Source of the DNA: an uncultured Bacillota bacterium | Lineage (GTDB): Bacteria > Bacillota > Dehalobacteriia > UBA4068 > UBA4997 | DNA: 64,000 bases | Assembly: GCA_948907985.1 (NCBI GenBank) | Contig: CAQWMM010000004.1 | Span: 319 to 64,318, forward strand | Reading direction: 5' to 3' | In this document: positions 41,302 through 49,822 of the stretch, one piece after another | How the letters are laid out: each line of letters starts with the position of its first letter | Numbering within the stretch: the stretch's first letter is position 1 | Translations under genes and position numbers: made by a program | The notes under the pieces: generated by a model | Told to the model about the DNA's origin: nothing | The model's database searches: none | What the model saw: the letters and a program-made list of their open reading frames with translations, nothing else

Positions 41302-42087
41302 TTATTTTCTCTTTTTTCTGGTTTTCTTCAATCCACAGCGTTCCAAAACCAACTGCGCCAAATCATGGTAAGCCTCCGCACCCCGGCTTTTAGCGTCATA
41401 ACGGCTAATCGGCAGCCCATGGCTAGGGGCTTCAGACAAGCGCACATTGCGGGGAATAACCACCTCAAACACCAAATCGCCAAAATGTTCTTTAACCTGA
41501 TCCACCACCTGGGCCGCCAAATTAATCCGTCCGTCATACATCGTCAGCAACACGCCCAAAATATTCAAAGCTGGATTAAAGGTTTGCCGAACTTTCAAAA
41601 AAGTATTTATCAACTGCTGCAAACCCTCCAAAGCGTAATATTCCGCCTGAACCGGAATAATCAGGCTGTCGGCCGCCGTAAGCGCATTAAGCGTCAGCAG
41701 ACCAAGAGAGGGCGGGCAATCCACCAGTACAAAGTCATAAGCGTCGGCCACCGGCTGCAAACCGCGCAGCAAACGGCTTTCCCTCTCCTCCAAGGACACC
41801 AGCTCCAACTCGGCCCCAGCAAGATTAATATCAGCCGGCAGCAAATACAAATTATTAAAGTTTGTTTCAATAACAGCCTCCGCAGGCTGACACTCCTCCG
41901 TTAACACCTGATAAATACTGGCCGTAAGTTCGCGCCGGTTAATGCCCAAACCACTGGTAGCATTACCCTGCGGGTCCAAATCCACCACCAGCGTTTTTTT
42001 GCCCAGCCCAGCCAGCGCGTCCGCCAAATTGATTACAGTTGTGGTTTTAGCCACGCCGCCTTTTTGATTAGCAACCGCAATTATCAT
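41302..42087 (-). CDS. soj: chromosome partitioning ATPase ParA/Soj
   Basis: 261 aa. The deviant Walker A motif is in AVANQKGGVAKTTT. Confidence 0.9.
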   Translation of the reverse strand: MIIAVANQKGGVAKTTTVINLADALAGLGKKTLVVDLDPQGNATSGLGINRRELTASIYQVLTEECQPAEAVIETNFNNLYLLPADINLAGAELELVSLEERESRLLRGLQPVADAYDFVLVDCPPSLGLLTLNALTAADSLIIPVQAEYYALEGLQQLINTFLKVRQTFNPALNILGVLLTMYDGRINLAAQVVDQVKEHFGDLVFEVVIPRNVRLSEAPSHGLPISRYDAKSRGAEAYHDLAQLVLERCGLKKTRKKRK

Positions 42088-42101
42088 TTTTTTCTCCTAG
42101 T

Positions 42102-42950
42102 TTAAAAAGGATTTTTCTTGATGACCGCCGTTCTTCTTGGCAAATCGCGGCGGCACGGTACCACCTTTTTAATTATCACAATACTACGTTTTTCGCCGCC
42201 CGGCAGTTTATACTCCTGAACTTCTTCCAGACGGCCGCCCAGCTGGAAAATCGCGTTTTTTGCCGCGTCAACCTCTTCCTGATAATTGTCGCCTTTCATA
42301 GCCAAAAAGAGACCCTCCATCTTTACCATCGGCAGGCAATATTCCGTCAGAACATTCAGCGGGGCCACCGCTCTGGCCGTTGCAAAATCAAACTGTTCGC
42401 GATAAAGCGCCAAATGCCCGGCCTCTTCGGCACGCATACGTCCGATATGAATATTACAAATATTAATCCGCTCCGTTGTAAACTTCACAAACTCATAGCG
42501 CTTATTCTGCGAATCAATAACCGCAAACCGATTATCCGGATGTGTAATAGCCAGCGGAATAGCCGGCATGCCCGCGCCGGTACCAACATCGATCATCCGC
42601 CGTTTGGTGCTGCCCGCCAAAAATGGCGAGAGCATCAGACTGTCGATAATATGTTTGCAGGCAAACTCTTCCGGGTCGGTAATCGCCGTCAGATTAATAT
42701 TAGCGTTGCTGCGCACCACAATTTCATAATAATCAGCCAGCATTTCTTCCATTTCTTCGTCCAATTCCACACCGGTTGGCTTAATATGCTTTTTCACCAT
42801 ATTAATAAATTTTGTTCGGTCAATTTTAATACCGTCCGCCGTATAATCGCGCAAATCGTCCAAATTTTCCTCGGCAAGCGGTTCGCCGTAAGTAAACCGC
42901 TCCGCCGCCGGTGATTCCCGATTGACTATTTTCTTAAATAAATTAAACAT
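42102..42950 (-). CDS. rsmG: 16S rRNA (guanine527-N7)-methyltransferase RsmG/GidB with ~50-aa N-terminal extension
   Basis: The SAM-methyltransferase motif is MIDVGTGAGMPAIPLAI. The start is moved to MFNLFKK (RBS GGGGAG). The listed ORF start at 42995 reads through the parS site. Confidence 0.7.
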   Translation of the reverse strand: MFNLFKKIVNRESPAAERFTYGEPLAEENLDDLRDYTADGIKIDRTKFINMVKKHIKPTGVELDEEMEEMLADYYEIVVRSNANINLTAITDPEEFACKHIIDSLMLSPFLAGSTKRRMIDVGTGAGMPAIPLAITHPDNRFAVIDSQNKRYEFVKFTTERINICNIHIGRMRAEEAGHLALYREQFDFATARAVAPLNVLTEYCLPMVKMEGLFLAMKGDNYQEEVDAAKNAIFQLGGRLEEVQEYKLPGGEKRSIVIIKKVVPCRRDLPRRTAVIKKNPF

Positions 42951-42976
42951 ATACTCCCCTGGTCTTAAAATGTTTA

Positions 42977-42996
42977 AATGTTTCACATGAAACATT
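42977..42996. promoter_or_regulatory. parS-like site (AATGTTTCACATGAAACATT), one mismatch from the palindromic TGTTTCACGTGAAACA
   Basis: Inverted repeat with 9-nt arms and a 2-nt spacer. It lies within a ~50-nt block duplicated at 45263-45312. Confidence 0.55.
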
Positions 42997-43240
42997 TTTT
43001 ATAATTTTGACAAACTATTTTACAATAATTATCTAATAAAAGATTTTCTTTATAGAATAAATTCTGTTTTTGATACTCTTTTTTAGTATTGACAAACAAT
43101 TTTATAATAATTATCTAATAAAAGTTTTTCTTTATAGAATAATATATTATTCTGGCATAGAATTTTTCTCTAAAAAATAGGAAACCTTTCTATCATATAT
43201 AATAAGATATTTTCTCCAGAATGTCAAGATTATAAAAAAA

Positions 43241-45148
43241 TCAAGATTTCAAAATAATGAGTAGAACGGCAATGTCCGCCGGCGAAACACCGGTAATCCG
43301 CCCAGCCTGCCCCAGATTATCCGGCCGAACGGCGGCCAGCTTTTGGCGCGCCTCCAGGCTCAGTCCCTCAATTTTGCTATAATCCAAATCCAGCGGCAAT
43401 TTTTTGCTTTCCAGCTTGGCAAAGCGCGCCACCTGCTCCTGCTGCTTTTTAATATAACCCGCATATTTTGCCGCAATATCCAGCTGCTCTGCCACATCGC
43501 GGCTTTGCGGCTCCCGGTGCAAAATTTGGCAGACCTGCCGGTAGTCAACCTCCGGCCTTTTCAGCAATTCCCAGGCGCGGATATTGCAGGAGAGCGCCGG
43601 CTGCAAATTAACGGCGGCGGCATTTTCCTGCGTTATCACCGCCTGCTCCAAAAAATGTTTTTCAGCAGCCACCGCCTGCTCCTTAGTCTGCCAGCGGTGA
43701 TAAGCGGCGTTATCCGTCAAACCAAGTTTATAACCCAACTCCGTCAAACGGCTGTCAGCATTATCATTGCGCAGCAAAAGACGATATTCCGCCAGAGAAG
43801 TAAACATACGGTATGGCTCGGTTACGCCCTTACTTACCAAATCATCAACCAAAACGCCCAGATAGGCGTCCGCCCGGCCCAGAACCAAAGCCGGCCTTTT
43901 AAGCAAACTTAGAGCGGCGTTAGCCCCGGCCAGCAGGCCTTGTCCGGCTGCCTCCTCATAACCGGATGTGCCGTTAATCTGACCGGCAGTGTATAGCCCA
44001 GCCACCGGTTTAGTTTCCAATGTTAGTTTCAGCTGGGTTGGTTCCACAAAATCATATTCAATGGCATAGGCCGGCCTGATTATTTTAACCGCTTCCATTC
44101 CCGGAATAGTGCGCATAAAAGCATACTGCACATCTTCCGGCAAACTAGTAGACATACCCTGCACATAATATTCGTTGGTGTCCAGTCCCTCCGGCTCCAA
44201 AAAAAGCTGGTGATGTGGCCGCCCCGGAAAACGGCGCAGTTTATCTTCAATCGACGGGCAATAACGCGGGCCAATGCCCTTAATCAGACCGCTATACAGC
44301 GGGCAACGGTGCATATTATCCAAAATGGCGCGGTGTGTTGCTTCATTAGTATAAGTCAGCCAGCAGGAAATATTTGGCCTTTTCACACCCACCGGCGGCG
44401 TATAGGAAAAATGCAGGCCGCTGTCATCCCCCGGCTGCTCTTCCATGCGGCCAAAATCCAAGGTATTCTTATCCACACGGGCGGGCGTGCCCGTCTTAAA
44501 GCGTCCAAGCTTAAAACCTAAGGCCCGCAGACTATCCGAAAGATAAACCGCCGGTGGATAACCGGCCGGCCCAGAGGGATAGGCACAGCTGCCCATAATC
44601 ACATTGCCCTTTAAATATGTGCCGCTGGTAATCACCAACCGCCGGCAACGATAAATTGCCCCAGTGCGCAGACGCAGACCGCAAATTTGCGGCTGACCAC
44701 TTTCAGCCATTTCGGTTAAAATTGCCACCGCCTCGCCCTGCTTAATATCCAACTCCGGCTGTGCCTGCAAATAGGCCAGCATCGTGCGCTGATACAACTT
44801 TTTATCAATCTGGGCGCGCAGCGCCTGCACCGCCGCCCCTTTGCTGGTATTCAACAAACGAATTTGAATTTGCGTCAAATCGGTGATTTTGGCCATCGCG
44901 CCTCCCAAGGCGTCAATCTCGCGCACAATCACGCCCTTGGCCGGCCCACCGATTGAGGGATTGCAGGGAGCCATGGCCACACTGTCCATAGAAAGCGTAA
45001 CCAACAAGGTGGATACGCCTAAACGCGCCGCAGCCAGCGCCGCTTCACATCCGGCATGCCCCGCGCCCACCACAATCACGTCATACTCGCCAGCCTCAAA
45101 ACAATCTACATCATTATTATCTAATAATTTGTAATCTTGACAAACCAT
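43241..45148 (-). CDS. mnmG: tRNA uridine-5-carboxymethylaminomethyl modification enzyme MnmG/GidA
   Basis: 635 aa. The FAD-binding N-terminus is [24 protein letters not shown] ~20-aa N-terminal extension is present and the true start is uncertain. Confidence 0.85.
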   Translation of the reverse strand: MVCQDYKLLDNNDVDCFEAGEYDVIVVGAGHAGCEAALAAARLGVSTLLVTLSMDSVAMAPCNPSIGGPAKGVIVREIDALGGAMAKITDLTQIQIRLLNTSKGAAVQALRAQIDKKLYQRTMLAYLQAQPELDIKQGEAVAILTEMAESGQPQICGLRLRTGAIYRCRRLVITSGTYLKGNVIMGSCAYPSGPAGYPPAVYLSDSLRALGFKLGRFKTGTPARVDKNTLDFGRMEEQPGDDSGLHFSYTPPVGVKRPNISCWLTYTNEATHRAILDNMHRCPLYSGLIKGIGPRYCPSIEDKLRRFPGRPHHQLFLEPEGLDTNEYYVQGMSTSLPEDVQYAFMRTIPGMEAVKIIRPAYAIEYDFVEPTQLKLTLETKPVAGLYTAGQINGTSGYEEAAGQGLLAGANAALSLLKRPALVLGRADAYLGVLVDDLVSKGVTEPYRMFTSLAEYRLLLRNDNADSRLTELGYKLGLTDNAAYHRWQTKEQAVAAEKHFLEQAVITQENAAAVNLQPALSCNIRAWELLKRPEVDYRQVCQILHREPQSRDVAEQLDIAAKYAGYIKKQQEQVARFAKLESKKLPLDLDYSKIEGLSLEARQKLAAVRPDNLGQAGRITGVSPADIAVLLIILKS

Positions 45149-45269
45149 TCTTCTTAAAATCTTGACAAACTATGTGTCATAATTCCTCTCATATCATTTC
45201 ATCTCTATAAAAATAGGACTACTTTCTAAAATATTAGAATAACCCCGCTCCGAATTTTCAAAGCCTTAA

Positions 45270-45289
45270 AATGTTTCACATGAAACATC
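45270..45289. promoter_or_regulatory. second parS-like site (AATGTTTCACATGAAACATC)
   Basis: Same inverted repeat as 42977-42996, in the same flanking context (cttaaaatgtttcacatgaaacat.ttttataat.ttgaca.actat). Confidence 0.5.
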
Positions 45290-45428
45290 TTTTATAATAT
45301 TGACAGACTATATTACGTTATACTTCTATTAAAATTTTATCTCTATAGAATAGGATTGCTTTTCTAAAATACTAAACTAAACCCTCTCCTGATTGCCAAG
45401 GCCTCAAAAAATCCGGAATGCCAAAGCC

Positions 45429-45950
45429 TTAAAAAGATGAGGTAAAGCTGATCGGTTCGACGGAAAGCGAGATTTCGCCAGTACGAATAATTTCGATAAT
45501 GCCGTATTTCTGCATAATCTCGCAGAAAGAGTCAATTTTGCGGCTGTCGTTGGTAACCTCAATAACCATCGACTGGGCGTTGAAGTCGATAATATGCCCA
45601 TGGAAAACCTGCACCACGCCCATAATCTCCTGGCGCATAGCCTCGGAGGATTTAATTTTAACCAACGCCAGCTCACGGCTCATTGAACCGGCTTTAGAAA
45701 GATGCACCACCCGATACACCTGCACCAGCTTTTCAATCTGCGCCATAATCTGTTCCAGCTGCCAGTCAGCCGAAACCTGCACCACCAGAGAAATCCGCGT
45801 TACATTGTCCTTTTCCGTTTTAGAGGCCGCGATAGATTCAATATTATAACCCCGTCTGGAAATCAAACCGGAAACATGGGTTAAAACGCCGGGGCTATCC
45901 TCCACAAATACGGCCAGCTGTTTTCTTTTCAATCCCTTTTCCATCAGCAT
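45429..45950 (-). CDS. ilvN: acetolactate synthase small (regulatory) subunit
   Basis: 173 aa. The ACT domain N-terminus is LAVFVEDSPGVLTHVSGLISRRGYNIESI. Confidence 0.8.
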   Translation of the reverse strand: MLMEKGLKRKQLAVFVEDSPGVLTHVSGLISRRGYNIESIAASKTEKDNVTRISLVVQVSADWQLEQIMAQIEKLVQVYRVVHLSKAGSMSRELALVKIKSSEAMRQEIMGVVQVFHGHIIDFNAQSMVIEVTNDSRKIDSFCEIMQKYGIIEIIRTGEISLSVEPISFTSSF

Positions 45951-47641
45951 TCACCCCCTGCAAAAACCATATCGGAAAGCGATTTGCCCGGCGCTACCAT
46001 CGGCATAACATCCTCCAGCTCGTCCACCATAACCTCCAGCACCACCGGCCCTTTAGCCGCCTGCGCTTTTAAAAGTCCCTCCTGCAGTTGCTCCGGTTTT
46101 TCCACTTTAATTCCCTGGCAGCCCATCACCTCGCCGAGAGCGGCAAAGCTAAGTTTAAACTCATGCTTAGAGGCCGACATCCGCTCGTTATAAAACATTC
46201 TCTGCCATTGGCGCACCATACCCAAACCGCGGTTATTCAGCACCAAAACCTTAACCGGCAGCTGCTCCTCGGCCAGGGTTGCCAATTCCTGGCAGTTCAT
46301 CATAATACTACCGTCGCTGGAAACCAGCCAAACCTCTTTTGGCTGTTCGCTGCCCTCTTCCACCAAAGCAGCGCCCAGCGCCGCTGGCAGGCCATAGCCC
46401 ATAGTGCCCAGGCCGCCGCTGGTTAAAAAGCTGCGCGGCTGCTTAAACGTCATATACTGCGCCGTCCACATCTGGTGTTGGCCAACGTCGGTACAAATAA
46501 CCGCCTGGCCCTTGGTTAAACGGTTTAACTCTTCCAACACCGCCTCCGGCTTAATCACCTTGTCGGACTTTGCATAAGCCAGCGGCCTTTCTTCTTTCCA
46601 TTTCTGGCAGGTTTTCTGCCATTCGGCAATATTACCAGTAGCCGCATTATCCGTCAGCAGTTTAATTGACCATTTCAAATCACCCTGCAAGCGCCAATCC
46701 ACACGCACATTTTTGTTAAACTCCGCTGGATCAATATCCAAATGAACCACCCGCGCCCCCGGCGCAAAAGTTTGCAGGGTGCCGGTAACCCGATCGTCAA
46801 AGCGCACGCCCAGCCCCAGCAGCAAATCGGTATGCTGTACCGCCATATTAGCTGCATAAGTGCCGTGCATACCCAACATACCCAAATGCAGCGGCTTGTC
46901 CGTCGGATAGGCAGAAAGCCCCATCAGACTGGCGCAAACCGGAATACCGGTTTTTTCAATAAAAGTATTCAGCTCTGCCGACGCGCCGCTGCTCACCAGA
47001 CCGCCGCCGATAAACAGCACTGGGCTATGGCTGCGGCCAAGCGCATCACAGATAGACTGCAAGTCAGAAGTATCCCCCTCCGCTTTTGGCTGATAACTCC
47101 ATTTCAGGCTGGCCAAATCCGCCGAATAATCCCACTCGCCCTCATCAACTAAAACATCTTTGGGAATATCCACCACCACCGGGCCGGGCCGGCCAGTGCG
47201 GGCAATATAAAAAGCTTTCTTCAAAATCAGGGGCAGCTGTTCAACGTCCGGCACCAAAAAATTGTGCTTGGTAATCGGCGTAGTTATGCCAATCATATCC
47301 GCTTCCTGAAAAGAATCCTTGCCGATAGCCGGTCTGGTAACCTGGCAGGTAATACAAACCAGTGGTATAGAATCCATATTGGCGGTAGCAATGCCCGTAA
47401 CCAAATTAGTAGCTCCCGGCCCGCTGGTGGATACGCAAACCCCCACCTGGCCGGAACGCCTGGCAAAACCGTCCGCCGCATGCACCGCGCCCTGCTCATG
47501 GCGGGTTAAAATATGGCGCAGGCCACTGTCATAAATCGCGTCATAAAGCGGCAAAGCCTGGCCGCCCGGATAACCGAAAATTGTTTTGATACCCTCTGCT
47601 TTGATGGCCTCCACCACCATTCTTGCACCACTTAACTGCAT
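45944..47641 (-). CDS. ilvB: acetolactate synthase large (catalytic) subunit, biosynthetic type
   Basis: 565 aa. ThDP-dependent enzyme with three domains. The conserved GGLGTMGYGLPAALGA block is present. Confidence 0.85.
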   Translation of the reverse strand: MQLSGARMVVEAIKAEGIKTIFGYPGGQALPLYDAIYDSGLRHILTRHEQGAVHAADGFARRSGQVGVCVSTSGPGATNLVTGIATANMDSIPLVCITCQVTRPAIGKDSFQEADMIGITTPITKHNFLVPDVEQLPLILKKAFYIARTGRPGPVVVDIPKDVLVDEGEWDYSADLASLKWSYQPKAEGDTSDLQSICDALGRSHSPVLFIGGGLVSSGASAELNTFIEKTGIPVCASLMGLSAYPTDKPLHLGMLGMHGTYAANMAVQHTDLLLGLGVRFDDRVTGTLQTFAPGARVVHLDIDPAEFNKNVRVDWRLQGDLKWSIKLLTDNAATGNIAEWQKTCQKWKEERPLAYAKSDKVIKPEAVLEELNRLTKGQAVICTDVGQHQMWTAQYMTFKQPRSFLTSGGLGTMGYGLPAALGAALVEEGSEQPKEVWLVSSDGSIMMNCQELATLAEEQLPVKVLVLNNRGLGMVRQWQRMFYNERMSASKHEFKLSFAALGEVMGCQGIKVEKPEQLQEGLLKAQAAKGPVVLEVMVDELEDVMPMVAPGKSLSDMVFAGGEC

Positions 47642-48984
47642 TCTTCAACCTCCTTAACAGCCAGCCAAATTGCACATTCCAGGCGCATCCGGCTAATTTG
47701 GCAGCCCATTTCATAAGGCTGCATAATATCATGATGAAAAAGTTCAGCGTTAGCATGGCAGCCGCCGCTGCAAAAAAATCTGGCCCAACAGTTCCGGCAG
47801 CTTTTTTTATTATAAACATGCGCCTGGCGAAACTGCTCCTCCAACTCATGGCCACGCTCCGAAATACCATTAGTCAAATCGCCCATCTTAAAGCCTTCGC
47901 GGCCCACAAACTGGTGGCAAGGATAAAAATCACCCTCCGGCGTTACCACCAAATACTCATAGCCCGCGCCACAGCCGGTTAAACGCTTGGGCAGGCAGGG
48001 GCCGTGTTTTAAGTCCAGCTTAAAATGAAAGAACTCAAACGGCTGGCCGTCTTCCCGGCGCTGCTGGAATAAATTAGCCAACTTCCAATATTCTGCCTTT
48101 AACTGCGGCAAATTCTCCTCTAACAGCTTACGTTCGCCCTCCAGTTCCACCGCCGGTTCCATGGAAAGTCTGGGAAAGCCCAAATCCAGCCAATGTTTAA
48201 TATCCTCGCAAAAATCCTTATTAAAAGCTGTATAAGTGCCGCGCACAATCGCGTTGCCGCGGCTGTTCTGCGCCAAAAACTGTTTAATATGCTCCGTTAC
48301 AATCTGATAACTGCCCTTGCCGCCCGCTGTAACCCTCTGGCGATCGTGCACTTCCGGCCGGCCGTCATGGCTTAAAACCACGCTGATGTTTTCCTGTTCC
48401 GCCCAGGCAGAAATTTCCGGCGTCAGTCCTACGCAGTTAGTAGTAAATGTAAAACGGAAAGTTTTGCCATAAGCCTTTTCACGCTCGCGGCCATAAGCCA
48501 CCAGCTTTTTAACCACGTCAATATTTAAAAGCGGTTCACCGCCGAAAAAGTCAACCTCCAAAAAAAGCCGGCTGCCGCTATGCTCCAAAAGATAATCCAG
48601 AGCCGCCGCGCCCACCTCAAAACTCATTCGCGCCCGCTGGCCGCCAAAACTGCCGGTAGAGGCAAAACAATAACGGCAGCGCAGATCGCAGTCGTGGCAA
48701 ACATTCAAACAAAGTGATTTTAAAACCGGCGCCGGCGGTTCGTATTTATCCAAATAGGCGTCTTCGCTGAAGAGAACTCCTTGTTCTTTCAACTCTGCCA
48801 GTTCGTTCAAAATTTCCGCGTCAATTTTCTCCGGCTCTTCGCCGTTTTGCAGATTCTCCAAACAGTCCGCCGTCGCCTGGTCTATCCGCAGCACCGAACC
48901 GCTGTTAATATCCAAAAGCAAAAAGCCGTCTGGCACGGCAAACCAATGTATTTTTTCCAGCTCTTTAGCTGTAATCTGTTGCAT
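47632..48984 (-). CDS. scfB: radical SAM/SPASM-domain peptide maturase (SCIFF/ranthipeptide maturase ScfB-like)
   Basis: 450 aa. The CxxxCxxC motif is CDLRCRYC. The C-terminal SPASM Cys cluster is C..CRNCWARFFCSGGCHA. It is immediately downstream of the SCIFF precursor ORF and has an RBS AAAAGGAG. Confidence 0.75.
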   Translation of the reverse strand: MQQITAKELEKIHWFAVPDGFLLLDINSGSVLRIDQATADCLENLQNGEEPEKIDAEILNELAELKEQGVLFSEDAYLDKYEPPAPVLKSLCLNVCHDCDLRCRYCFASTGSFGGQRARMSFEVGAAALDYLLEHSGSRLFLEVDFFGGEPLLNIDVVKKLVAYGREREKAYGKTFRFTFTTNCVGLTPEISAWAEQENISVVLSHDGRPEVHDRQRVTAGGKGSYQIVTEHIKQFLAQNSRGNAIVRGTYTAFNKDFCEDIKHWLDLGFPRLSMEPAVELEGERKLLEENLPQLKAEYWKLANLFQQRREDGQPFEFFHFKLDLKHGPCLPKRLTGCGAGYEYLVVTPEGDFYPCHQFVGREGFKMGDLTNGISERGHELEEQFRQAHVYNKKSCRNCWARFFCSGGCHANAELFHHDIMQPYEMGCQISRMRLECAIWLAVKEVEECS

Positions 48985-49041
48985 AATATTAACTCCTTTT
49001 CAGCAGGCCCCGTCTGCGCCTGCTCTCACATAAAATACAAA

Positions 49042-49073
49042 GGGACGCGGCCAGGCCAGCGTCCCCTGCATAA
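49042..49073 (-). terminator. hairpin (attenuator/partial terminator) between scfA and scfB
   Basis: The hairpin gggacgc-ggccaggccagc-gcgtccc is followed on the minus strand by a T-rich run. Confidence 0.4.
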
Positions 49074-49080
49074 TGCCCGC

Positions 49081-49218
49081 TTATTTTTCGCAGGCCTGAT
49101 TGCCGACTGTGCAAGAAGTTTTGCAGGCCGACTGGCAGGAGCTTTGGCAGTTGCCGCAGCCGCCGGTTTTTGCTGTTTGCTGCAATTTACCGGAGATTAC
49201 CACCTGAATATGTTTCAT
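49081..49218 (-). CDS. scfA: SCIFF (six Cys in forty-five residues) ranthipeptide precursor
   Basis: Exactly 45 aa: MKHIQVVISGKLQQTAKTGGCGNCQSSCQSACKTSCTVGNQACEK. RBS GGAGGCAGATGAA. It is absent from the ORF track because it is shorter than 60 aa. Confidence 0.8.
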   Translation of the reverse strand: MKHIQVVISGKLQQTAKTGGCGNCQSSCQSACKTSCTVGNQACEK

Positions 49219-49391
49219 TTCATCTGCCTCCTTATTTTTTGCTTATTTGATTGATTATATCACAAATTAACTCTCTCTTCAATAGGCCAGGCCCAAAAAA
49301 ACGCTTGCAGACAAAAAAATCAATCATTTTGCACCCGCCGCCTTTTACAAGCATAAATATAAATATCAAAATTAAAAGGAGGTTCTTCAAA

Positions 49392-49706
49392 ATGCTTTTA
49401 AACTCTATCTATGGCAACACCTGCGGCAGCTGTGGCTGCGGCAACAACGGCAGCTTATTTGCCAACAACAACACCGGCTGCAACAGCTGTGGCTGCAATG
49501 GCGGCTGTAACAACTGCGGCTGTAACAACTGTGGCTGCAACAATGGTTTTTCCGGCTGTGGCAACAATCTGGGCAACGCCGCCTACGGCTTTGTCGGCGA
49601 TTGGGTAAACATCGTAGTTACCCTCACCGTTCTGCAAAGCATTCTTGGCCTGGTTTGCAACTGGAACTGCGGCTGCGGCTGCGGCACAACCACTTACGCC
49701 AACTAA
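49392..49706 (+). CDS. Cys/Asn/Gly-rich small membrane-anchored protein with repeated CGCNN motifs (novel; possible RiPP precursor or metal-binding peptide)
   Basis: 104 aa: MLLNSIYGNTCGSCGCGNNG...CNSCGCNGGCNNCGCNNCGCNNG...WVNIVVTLTVLQSILGLVCNWNCGCGCGTTTYAN. A strong RBS AAAGGAGG lies 8 nt before the ATG. It is transcribed divergently from scfA and followed by a terminator. Confidence 0.6.
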   Translation: MLLNSIYGNTCGSCGCGNNGSLFANNNTGCNSCGCNGGCNNCGCNNCGCNNGFSGCGNNLGNAAYGFVGDWVNIVVTLTVLQSILGLVCNWNCGCGCGTTTYAN

Positions 49707-49752
49707 TTTGCGCCAACAAACTTCAACTTATTCCAGAACAGAACAAAGCGGT

Positions 49753-49795
49753 CGGTATCTTTAAGCCGGCCGCTTTTCTCAAAAAATCTTTTTCT
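49753..49795 (+). terminator. intrinsic terminator after the Cys-rich ORF
   Basis: The hairpin agcggtcgg-tatctttaag-ccggccgct is followed by a T-rich run. Confidence 0.5.
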
Positions 49796-49822
49796 AAAAT
49801 TTTTCAAGGAGGTAATATAAAT

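Noticed and set aside
42951-42995. N-terminal 15 codons of the listed rsmG ORF (MFHVKHLNILRPGEY)
   Set aside because: These codons are the parS palindrome (atgtttcatgtgaaacat) read as protein. The start was moved to the downstream ATG at 42950, which has an RBS.
49251-49706. Longer 151-aa version of the Cys-rich ORF, and alternative-frame ORFs 49411-49608 (+) and 49455-49637 (-) across the same repeat
   Set aside because: The upstream extension has no RBS and runs through the divergent promoter region. The Ala/Thr-rich alternative frames are by-products of the GC-rich tgc/ggc/aac repeat. The frame starting at ATG 49392 is the only one with a strong Shine-Dalgarno sequence.
49601-49822. 5' extension of the ORF 49601-50761 overlapping the Cys-rich gene and its terminator
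   Set aside because: It overlaps the upstream gene and an intrinsic terminator. The ATG at 49823 has a canonical RBS.
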